A DNA stretch of 64,000 nt, taken from NCBI GenBank assembly GCA_033549025.1, contig JAWSUS010000002.1, forward strand, positions 96,001 through 160,000, read 5' to 3'. Below the pieces are notes generated by a model. It searched no databases. It was not told where the DNA came from and saw only the letters and a list, made by a program, of their open reading frames with translations. A program made the translations under genes and the position numbers. Each line of letters opens with the position of its first letter. The first letter of the stretch is position 1. Origin of the DNA: Desulfuromonadales bacterium. GTDB taxonomy: Bacteria > Desulfobacterota > Desulfuromonadia > Desulfuromonadales > SZUA-540. Of the stretch, positions 30,999 through 38,079 are shown one piece after another.

Positions 30999-31436
30999 AT
31001 GGCTCACACCTTCAATCTCAGCCTCGCCGTCCAGGATCTGGACAACACGGAGACGTTTTACGGGCAGATACTGGGTCTGCCGGTGGAGCGCTTCGTCCCC
31101 GGCGAGGGTGCCGCGCCCCTGCTGCTGTTGCCCCTGGGGGACGCCTGTCTCCTCATCCGGGAGATCGCCGCCGCCGAAGCCATGCACCCCGGCCTGTTGC
31201 AGAACCTGCACCGCCATCCCCTCGGCGTTGGGGTCAGCCTCGAATTCACCGTCGATTCGCTGGCGCCCATCCGCCGCCAGCTGGAACGCACCAACTGGCC
31301 CATCCTCTACGAGCTGGAGGATCGCCAGTTCGAACGCGAAGAGCTCTGGGTGCACGACCCCGACGGCTACCTGATCGTCCTGCATCGGGAGCCGGCAGAC
31401 GTCAAGGAAGTGGGCGAGCGCAGGCGGCCGGCCTGA
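30999..31436 (+). CDS. VOC/glyoxalase family protein
   Basis: LAVQDLDNTETFYGQILGL...VHDPDGYLI. Confidence 0.85.
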   Translation: MAHTFNLSLAVQDLDNTETFYGQILGLPVERFVPGEGAAPLLLLPLGDACLLIREIAAAEAMHPGLLQNLHRHPLGVGVSLEFTVDSLAPIRRQLERTNWPILYELEDRQFEREELWVHDPDGYLIVLHREPADVKEVGERRRPA

Positions 31437-31501
31437 ACCTGTTATACTTGGGCGAGGCACCGTACGGTCCCATCAACCCCATCAGCAGACTGGATACAAC
31501 C

Positions 31502-32443
31502 ATGTCCCTGACCCGTCATGCGGAAATCACCCGCATTATCGACACCCTCTCCGGCAACTACCTGCAGGGGAAGATCCGGGCCATCAAGCTGGCCATGATC
31601 ACCCTGCTCTCCGGCGGCCACCTGCTGCTGGAGGACATCCCCGGCCTCGGCAAGACGACGCTGGCCCTGGCCCTGGCCAAAGCCCTGGGGCTCTCCTTCG
31701 GGCGGGTGCAGTGCACCAGCGACCTTATGCCTTCGGACATCACCGGGCTGTCGATCTACGATCGCAGCAGTGGGTCCTTTAAATTCGTGCCGGGGCCGGT
31801 CTTCAACAATGTGGTACTGGTGGACGAGATCAACCGCAGCATGCCCAAGACCCAGAGCGCCCTGCTCGAAGCCATGGAAGAGCGCCGGGTCACCGTCGAG
31901 GGGGTAACCCACAGCCTGCCCGACCCCTTTCTGGTCATCGCCACCCAGAACCCGCTGGAGCAGGTCGGCACCTACCCTTTGCCCGAATCCCAGCTCGACC
32001 GCTTCATGGTCACCACCGGCGTGGGCTATCCGCCCGCCGAGGTGGAAAAGGCCATCATCAAGGGCGGCAGTCTGCGGGACGAGATCCGCCACATCGAACC
32101 CCTCATCACCCTCGAAGATATCCGCCTGGCCCGGCAGGCCGTCAAGAACGACATCCTGCTCTCCGATAAAGTCGTCGACTACATCTTCGCCATCATGGAC
32201 GCCACCCGCAATCACCCCCTCATCCTGTCGGGCATCTCCAGCCGTGGCGGCATCAGTCTGGCTGAAGCGGCCAAAGCCGCCGCTTTTCTGGAGAACCGCG
32301 CCTACGTCATCCCCGAGGATGTCAAGCTGGTGGCCGGGGCCGTGGGCGCCCATCGCCTCATCCTGCGCCCTGAAAACGAGACCCTGAACAAGGAGGAGGT
32401 ACTGCAATCGGTGCTCAAAAGCCTGCCGGTTCCCCTGGTCTGA
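31502..32443 (+). CDS. MoxR family AAA+ ATPase
   Basis: LLEDIPGLGKT, DEINR, KTQSALLEAM, ATQNP, LPESQLDRF; true ATG at 31502. Confidence 0.95.
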   Translation: MSLTRHAEITRIIDTLSGNYLQGKIRAIKLAMITLLSGGHLLLEDIPGLGKTTLALALAKALGLSFGRVQCTSDLMPSDITGLSIYDRSSGSFKFVPGPVFNNVVLVDEINRSMPKTQSALLEAMEERRVTVEGVTHSLPDPFLVIATQNPLEQVGTYPLPESQLDRFMVTTGVGYPPAEVEKAIIKGGSLRDEIRHIEPLITLEDIRLARQAVKNDILLSDKVVDYIFAIMDATRNHPLILSGISSRGGISLAEAAKAAAFLENRAYVIPEDVKLVAGAVGAHRLILRPENETLNKEEVLQSVLKSLPVPLV

Positions 32444-33312
32444 AACTGACCCGGGCGGGAGCCCTCTACATCGTCATGACCCTGCTGCTGGGCTTCGGCG
32501 CCGTCAATACCGGCAACAACCTCATCTACCTGCTGGTATCCGCCCTGCTCGGCTTCATGGTCATCTCCGGCATTCTGGGTAAACGCAACCTCGACGGGCT
32601 GCAGGTACGTCTGCGCTTTGCCGACGAGATCTACGACGGGCACCCCACCCTGGTCAGGGTCGAACTGACCAACCGGCGCCGCTTTCTGCCGGCCCAGCTC
32701 ATCGACGTCCAGCTCGCCTCGGAGCCCGGCGCGGTGCTGTTTCCGTTGGTGCCGTCCGGCGAGCAGGAAGCCGGCCGCCTGCTGCTCACCCTGACCGGCC
32801 GCGGGCCGCGGTCCTTTTCGGCCATCCAGATCAGCTCCCGCTACCCCATCAACTTTTTCGTGCGCTCCCGACACATCCCCATCGCGGACCGCTGTGTCGT
32901 CTTTCCCGCCCCCCAGCCCTGTCCGCTGCCTGCCGCGTCTTCCGGCCGCCAGCGCGCCGGTGAACGGACCGCCTCCCAGCGCGGCCACGAAGGGGATATC
33001 GACCGCATTCATGAATACCGACCGGGCGACCCCCTGCGGCGGATTCACTGGCGGCTGTCTGCCCGACACGATCAGCTCAAGGTCAAGGATCTCGCCGCCG
33101 CGGCCAGCGAACCCCTGTGGGTCGATCCCCGCGAGTGCCCGGGAGCCAGCCTCGAAGAAAAGCTGCGCTGCGCGGTCTACCTCATCAACCAGGGGGGCCG
33201 GGCGGAGCGGCCCGTGGGCCTGCGACTGCCCGGACAACGCCTGGCACCCGCGACGGGACGGCCGCACCGTCTGAAACTCCTTCATCACCTGGCCGGTTAT
33301 GGTAAAAATTAA
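32440..33312 (+). CDS. DUF58 family protein (start uncertain: CTG 32440 or ATG 32476)
   Basis: AVNTGNNLIYLL, EYRPGDPLRRIHWRLSAR; sits between MoxR and transglutaminase genes. Confidence 0.88.
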   Translation: MKLTRAGALYIVMTLLLGFGAVNTGNNLIYLLVSALLGFMVISGILGKRNLDGLQVRLRFADEIYDGHPTLVRVELTNRRRFLPAQLIDVQLASEPGAVLFPLVPSGEQEAGRLLLTLTGRGPRSFSAIQISSRYPINFFVRSRHIPIADRCVVFPAPQPCPLPAASSGRQRAGERTASQRGHEGDIDRIHEYRPGDPLRRIHWRLSARHDQLKVKDLAAAASEPLWVDPRECPGASLEEKLRCAVYLINQGGRAERPVGLRLPGQRLAPATGRPHRLKLLHHLAGYGKN

Positions 33313-35212
33313 GCGCCTGCTCGATTACTTCACCTACGCAATCGTCCTGCTGGGGACGCTGCCCCTCTTTCCGCACCTCGACCTGCCGGTGCGGCTGCTG
33401 CTTCCCGCTGCCCTGGTCGCCGGGGTGATCGCCGACCAGCGGGAGCGCACCCTGCTGAAAACGTCGGCGGCAACCCTCGTGACCCTGGCTTTTTTCGCCT
33501 ATTACGGCCTCACTCTGTCTTTGGCCAACTTCATTCTGCCGCTGGTCAACGTTCTCGCCCTGCTTCTGGCTGTGCGTCTGGTCACCCCCAGAACCGGCCG
33601 CAACACCTTGCAGGCCTTCGTGCTCTCCCTCTTCGCCCTGGCCAGCTCGACCCTCATCACCCTGAGCCCCTATTTTCTCCTCTTCATGGTGCTGCAGATC
33701 CTGCTCATCACTGTCGGCCTGGTGCTACTGGCCTATTTCGTCGCCGATCCGCACCTGTCCCTGTCCCGCGAGCAGATACGGCGCCTGCTCTCCTTTGCCC
33801 TTATACTGCCGGTGACTTCACTGCTGCTGATGGCGCTCATCTTCCCCATCCTCCCCCGCACCCAGCGCCCCGTCTGGGGCTTTCTCAATCCCGCCATCGC
33901 CGCCACCGCCGGCTTCAGCGAACAGGTCAAGCCCGGCTCCGTCGCCGAGCTCAATGCCACCAAACAGGTGGTTTTTCGGGTCGAAAGCGAGCGCCTGCCC
34001 CAGGGGGAACTCTACTGGCGCGGCATCGTGCTCGATACCCTGCGGGGCAACACCTGGCTGCGCGGCGACGAGTCAGGAGGCCGCGCCAGCCGCCTGCAAG
34101 GCGGCCAGCCGATACGCCAGACCATTTCCCTCGAACCGCAATCGGGCGGCTACCTCTTCGCCCTCGACCGGCCCGAATCCCTGCAGGGCATCCGTCACAG
34201 TAGTTCGCCCGACCTGGTTCACCGCACCTCTCAGGCCGAGCGGCGGCGGGTACGCTACGAAGCGAACTCACGCCTCGGCGCGACCCTGAGAGAAAACGGC
34301 AGCCCTCAGCGCACCTTGCTGACGGTGCCGGCGGCACTGCCCGCCCGGGTTCAGGCTGTGGCCGACCGGATTCGCCAGCAGGGCCGCACCGTCGAGGAAA
34401 AAATCGCCCTGACGGAAGATTTCTTCCGGCAACAGCAACTCTCCTACGCCACCAGCGACCTCCCCGATCCGCAGAACCCCATTGACGACTTCCTCTTCGG
34501 CAAGCGGCGGGGGTACTGTGAATTTTTCGCCTCCTCCTTCGCCGTCATCCTGCGACAGGCCGAGGTGCCCACCCGCCTGGTCGGCGGCTATCTGGGCGGC
34601 GACTACAACGCCCTGGGCGGCTACTACCTCGTCACCGAAGACATGGCCCACGTCTGGGTCGAAGCCCGCCTCGAAGACGGCCGCTGGACACGTATCGACC
34701 CCAGCCGCCTCGCCATCAACGCCGCCACCGCCGTGCGCGGCAGCAACCCCGCCCACCTCGGCGTTCTGCGCCAGCTCGCCGATTCGGCCAGCCATTTCTG
34801 GGCCCACAGCATCCTCAACTACGACCTGCTGCGCCAGATCGAGATTCTGCGCAACACGGGCGAACGCCTGCAAAAACCGACCTGGCGGCCCCAAGAAGTC
34901 CCCCGCGGCCTGCTCCCCCTTGCCCTCGCAGTCGCCGCCATCATTCTGGGCTACACGGTCTGGCACCGGCGCAAAAGCCGCGAGCAAAGACTGGTGGCCC
35001 GCTTTCAGCGCCTGGCTGCCAAGCAGTTGGGCCTGGGGTCCATCCCCCCGCACATCGGGATTCACGAAATCGCCCGCCGCCTGAAAGATCCGCTCGCCCG
35101 CGAATTCGCCGAGCGCTACGGCCAGGCCATCTACCAGGACCGACGACTCAGTCGGGCAGAGATTCGGGAATTGAATGATTTGCTGAGGCGGATGCGAGGT
35201 CAGAAGGTGTGA
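33299..35212 (+). CDS. Membrane transglutaminase-like protein (TgpA/DUF3488)
   Basis: Multiple TM helices, LYWRGIVLD, GYCEFFA (Cys), AHVWVE (His), IDP (Asp). Confidence 0.92.
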   Translation: MVKIKRLLDYFTYAIVLLGTLPLFPHLDLPVRLLLPAALVAGVIADQRERTLLKTSAATLVTLAFFAYYGLTLSLANFILPLVNVLALLLAVRLVTPRTGRNTLQAFVLSLFALASSTLITLSPYFLLFMVLQILLITVGLVLLAYFVADPHLSLSREQIRRLLSFALILPVTSLLLMALIFPILPRTQRPVWGFLNPAIAATAGFSEQVKPGSVAELNATKQVVFRVESERLPQGELYWRGIVLDTLRGNTWLRGDESGGRASRLQGGQPIRQTISLEPQSGGYLFALDRPESLQGIRHSSSPDLVHRTSQAERRRVRYEANSRLGATLRENGSPQRTLLTVPAALPARVQAVADRIRQQGRTVEEKIALTEDFFRQQQLSYATSDLPDPQNPIDDFLFGKRRGYCEFFASSFAVILRQAEVPTRLVGGYLGGDYNALGGYYLVTEDMAHVWVEARLEDGRWTRIDPSRLAINAATAVRGSNPAHLGVLRQLADSASHFWAHSILNYDLLRQIEILRNTGERLQKPTWRPQEVPRGLLPLALAVAAIILGYTVWHRRKSREQRLVARFQRLAAKQLGLGSIPPHIGIHEIARRLKDPLAREFAERYGQAIYQDRRLSRAEIRELNDLLRRMRGQKV

Positions 35213-35319
35213 TTGAGAGGGTTGGGGGAGGGACCCTCAGGAAATTCCTGATTTCGGATTGATTTTATTTGGGGTAGGATGGTTGGTCAATTTAGGCATG
35301 GATTCAAAAGGGTGTAGTT

Positions 35320-35493
35320 ATGGAGCGCAACAAATCAATGATGAAACGCTTGAGAGGGTTGGACAAAACAGCCTCGGAACAGCCGAAAAGATCGCTGGAG
35401 GAAGCCTTAGCGCAATACGACAGGCAGAATCCGCACTCCCAAGTCGCAAATGTGGCGCAAGGCTCAGTAGAGTCAGGCAATAGAGAAAAATAG
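35320..35493 (+). CDS. Small hypothetical protein (57 aa, not in ORF track)
   Basis: ATG 35320 to TAG 35493, MERNKSMMKRLRGLDK...SGNREK; AAAGGG upstream. Confidence 0.35.
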   Translation: MERNKSMMKRLRGLDKTASEQPKRSLEEALAQYDRQNPHSQVANVAQGSVESGNREK

Positions 35494-35570
35494 ACCGCCC
35501 TGGATCGCACGCTTAAATCGTGCAAGCCAGGGCGAAGGGGAAGGGAATCAAGTTATGTGCCCCCGGAGTT
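35494..35570 (+). pseudogene. 3'-end remnant of a RAYT-like transposase with terminal motif TATGTGCCCCCGGAGTT
   Basis: Translates TALDRTLKSCKPGRRGRESSYVPPE, parallel to the tail LNQILKPGKPGRPRKETGECP of the intact RAYT at 38143. Confidence 0.55.
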
Positions 35571-35580
35571 GCCGGAAAAC

Positions 35581-35606
35581 TGGGGAGTGTCCCTAATTTT
35601 CTTTTG
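35581..35606 (+). repeat. RAYT-associated repeat, copy 1 (TGGGGAGTGTCCCTAATTTTCTTTTG)
   Basis: 18-bp core identical to 38809-38826; 25/26 reverse complement of 38073-38098. Confidence 0.9.
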
Positions 35607-35696
35607 CAAGAGATAGCGCAAGTTCTCGGGATTCACTCCACAACGGTGAGCAAGGTGCTCAGTGGGGATAAAAACGATATTTCAAGACCTGACCCC
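35601..35696 (+). pseudogene. C-terminal HTH remnant of a second RAYT-like family ending in TTCAAGACCTGACCCC
   Basis: LLQEIAQVLGIHSTTVSKVL is an HTH pattern with no upstream gene body, followed by a CTGACCCC-type motif I associate with Y1 transposase ends. Confidence 0.55.
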
Positions 35697-35703
35697 ATTG
35701 ATG

Positions 35704-35767
35704 TTGAAACCAAATTGCGGTGGTGGCCGTAACTTCGCGTCGCCACCGCTTATCACTACCGTTAGCT
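35704..35767 (+). repeat. Truncated attC site (3' half only; attC0)
   Basis: Aligns with the 3' half of attC3 (CGGTGGTGGCC..AACTTC.CGTCGCC.CCG.TTATCAC...CCGTTAGC); ends in R' core GTTAGCT; no R''/L'' upstream. Confidence 0.8.
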
Positions 35768-35784
35768 CTCAATAAGGAAAGCAT

Positions 35785-36399
35785 GTGGCAGAAGAAGTTT
35801 CTCAAGCAATGACAGCATCAGCGTGGTTAGATCCAAAGTTGATTATCCCAGCCATTGGAGTTGTTCTTGCATCAGTGATTGTTCCGATATTGCTTCATAT
35901 CCTCAAAGGAAGACGAGAGCGGGAAGACAAGCTGTTGGAAATACGAACAAAAACATATACCGAGTACTTCAGGAGGTTTGAGGAAGCTGCGCGTGGAGTT
36001 GGTCTTGATTATGAACAATTCTCAAAAGTCACGTTAAAAAGTGCATTCCGTGAGCTCCTGGAATCAGATAATTCTCCCGATGCAATCATTAAGTTCCAAG
36101 ATGAGGTTGGCAAGTTCCCCCATCAAATTCAGGACTCTCATAGAAAAGCAACCGAAGAAATTACAACCTTAAAAGTTCTTGGTTCATCAAAGTTGCTGGA
36201 ACTTACAACTGAGTTTGGGGCGTTGAATCAAGAAATATTAGAAATGTCGTCTGAATGGCTTAATGAAATGCAACAGGCGCTTGCCATGCCAAATTTTGAT
36301 GCCCCGATAGCAAAGAAAATGAAAGAAAAAGGGATTAGAGCCAAAGAACTCAAAGAACAAATAATCAAGCAGATGAGGGCGGAGTTAAAACTTGATTAA
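35785..36399 (+). CDS. Gene cassette 1: hypothetical protein with N-terminal TM helix (204 aa)
   Basis: AT-rich ORF with AAGGA RBS and GTG start between GTTAGCTCT (35761) and its complement AGAGCTAAC (36404). Confidence 0.85.
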   Translation: MAEEVSQAMTASAWLDPKLIIPAIGVVLASVIVPILLHILKGRREREDKLLEIRTKTYTEYFRRFEEAARGVGLDYEQFSKVTLKSAFRELLESDNSPDAIIKFQDEVGKFPHQIQDSHRKATEEITTLKVLGSSKLLELTTEFGALNQEILEMSSEWLNEMQQALAMPNFDAPIAKKMKEKGIRAKELKEQIIKQMRAELKLD

Positions 36400-36405
36400 G
36401 AAAAG

Positions 36406-36475
36406 AGCTAACAATTCGCTCGTGTGGGACGCTTCGCCGCGTTGCGGCTCGCGCCCCACAGCTTAGCCGTTAGGC
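36406..36475 (+). repeat. attC site 1 (70 bp)
   Basis: R'' AGCTAAC, 5-nt spacer, GCT(C)GTG(T)GGG pairing with CCCCACAGC with extrahelical bases, 6-nt spacer, R' GTTAGGC. Confidence 0.92.
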
Positions 36476-36496
36476 CTCAAAATAAGAAGGTGTAAT

Positions 36497-37057
36497 TTGA
36501 GCAATATGAAATATGAAATTTCCTTAGATTTTGCTCGAAAAAAGTACGAGCAAATGAACAAGCAAGTAACACCAAGTATCCGCCAAAGAGAAGATTCATT
36601 GCTTCAGAAATTGCAAAATTCGAAACTTGGTAGGCTAAAAAAACTAGAACTATTTTTTTCAGAAATGGAAGAAATATATAAATTTATTCACAAATTCACC
36701 ATCTGCAAAAAAGGTTGCAACCATTGTTGCCACTATGAAATTGCAATCACTGACCTTGAGGTTGAATATATAAAAAGCAAAGTAAAAATCAATAGATCAA
36801 AAATAATTCCATCCGCACAAGCATGCCCGTTTCTTAAAAATGGCGTGTGTTCGATCTATGAATATAGACCATTTATCTGTCGAAGGCATTTGTCTATAAC
36901 TGACACGCCCGACTGGTGCAAGATTGATGGCTGTAATGATTATACTTTTCCGCTCATAAATTTGTCTGAAATCGACAAATGCTATGCATATTTAGTTGAT
37001 GGTGAACAAGGCATGAAATCGCTAAAAGATATTCGTAAAGCATTTAAAAAGTCCTAA
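36497..37057 (+). CDS. Gene cassette 2: YkgJ-family (CxxxCxxCC) cysteine-cluster protein
   Basis: CKKGCNHCC, CPFL, CSIYEYRPFICR; stop TAA lies inside R'' TCCTAAC. Confidence 0.85.
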   Translation: MSNMKYEISLDFARKKYEQMNKQVTPSIRQREDSLLQKLQNSKLGRLKKLELFFSEMEEIYKFIHKFTICKKGCNHCCHYEIAITDLEVEYIKSKVKINRSKIIPSAQACPFLKNGVCSIYEYRPFICRRHLSITDTPDWCKIDGCNDYTFPLINLSEIDKCYAYLVDGEQGMKSLKDIRKAFKKS

Positions 37058-37158
37058 CAAAAAAAATGAACCGGACGAAAACTACTTGTGCGGTTCACTG
37101 AAAGTATTCTACTTGTTTGAAATGGCGCGACGTCGCCGGTTATCTTTGCCCGTTAGCT
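37052..37158 (+). repeat. attC site 2 (107 bp)
   Basis: R'' TCCTAAC, AT(G)AACCGG pairing with CCGGTTAT, R' GTTAGCT. Confidence 0.85.
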
Positions 37159-37174
37159 TTCAGAAAGAAGAATC

Positions 37175-37864
37175 ATGACCTTCGTTGATGCACTATACGC
37201 AATTTCAATCCTCATAGGAATTTGGGTATCAATTGCGGGCATCAATAATTGGCGGAAAGTTCATACCGGGAAAAGAAAAATTGAACTTGCAGAAGATTCT
37301 TTGGCGTTATTCTACGAAGCCTCTGACGCAATAAATTACCTCAGACATCCCTTCTCTTACTCAAGCGAAACTGAGGAAATCAAACGAGCTGAAAATGAAT
37401 CAGAAGCTGCGTGGGAAGCGCGTAAAAACGCAAGTGTAGTTTTCTATCGGTATAAACAACACCAAGAACTTTTCAACAAACTGTATGCCTCTCGCTACAG
37501 GTTTATGGCCCAAATCGGAAAAGAAAAAGCCAAGCCATTTGAAGACTTGCAGAAAGTAATCAATGACATCGTCAAATCAGCCCGACACCTCTCAAGGCTA
37601 TGGGCCAGAGATCATTTCCGAACAGAAAAACAATGGGAAGATCACCAGCAGCGCGTAGGGGAGCAAGAAGCCATTTTCTGGGCAGATTCAGTCGATAATG
37701 ACCCAATCATCCCACGAGTAACAAAAGTAATAGAAGAAATGGAAGCAATCTGTAGTGACGTCATTAATGGTGAAAAATCCATAGCAGACATATTGAACTA
37801 TCCTTTGCTAAAGAAAGCTAACAAACTAATCAACCGGACGGAAAATACGTCTGTGAATAATTGA
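37175..37864 (+). CDS. Gene cassette 3: hypothetical protein with N-terminal TM helix (229 aa)
   Basis: AT-rich ORF beginning 23 nt after the start of GTTAGCTTTC (37152), with the complement GAAAGCTAAC at 37813. Confidence 0.85.
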   Translation: MTFVDALYAISILIGIWVSIAGINNWRKVHTGKRKIELAEDSLALFYEASDAINYLRHPFSYSSETEEIKRAENESEAAWEARKNASVVFYRYKQHQELFNKLYASRYRFMAQIGKEKAKPFEDLQKVINDIVKSARHLSRLWARDHFRTEKQWEDHQQRVGEQEAIFWADSVDNDPIIPRVTKVIEEMEAICSDVINGEKSIADILNYPLLKKANKLINRTENTSVNN

Positions 37865-37927
37865 AAATCGAAATCTCGGTGGTGGCCAAAACTTCACGTC
37901 GCCGCCGGTTATCACGAACCGTTAGCC
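37816..37927 (+). repeat. attC site 3 (112 bp)
   Basis: R'' AGCTAAC, 5-nt spacer, AT(C)AACCGG pairing with CCGGTTAT, R' GTTAGCC. Confidence 0.88.
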
Positions 37928-37940
37928 ATTGGAAAAGAAT

Positions 37941-38079
37941 ATGCCGACTCCAGAAGATGTACTCAACCAACAGGCAGCAATTACTTGGGACACAATTAAA
38001 AATGCATATGAAAATCAGATTTCATATGGTGAAGACGCTATCACTTCAGTCAATCTACTTTCGCTTAAAAATCAAAAGG
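37941..38079 (+). pseudogene. Gene cassette 4, 5' fragment truncated at the RAYT left repeat
   Basis: ATG 20 nt after the start of R'; MPTPEDVLNQQAAITWDTIKNAYENQISYGEDAITSVNLLSLKNQK runs into the repeat; no matching GGCTAAC R'' seen downstream. Confidence 0.7.

Noticed and set aside
30851..31501. N-terminal extension of the MoxR ORF (530 aa in the track)
   Set aside because: Overlaps the VOC gene in another frame; MoxR-like sequence begins at ATG 31502
35259..35732. Track ORFs of 74, 73 and 70 aa as real genes
   Set aside because: They cross several element junctions and look like chimeric read-through of remnants
35704..37927. Repeats considered as a CRISPR array
   Set aside because: Repeats are divergent, 70-112 bp long and separated by whole genes; no cas genes; they fit attC
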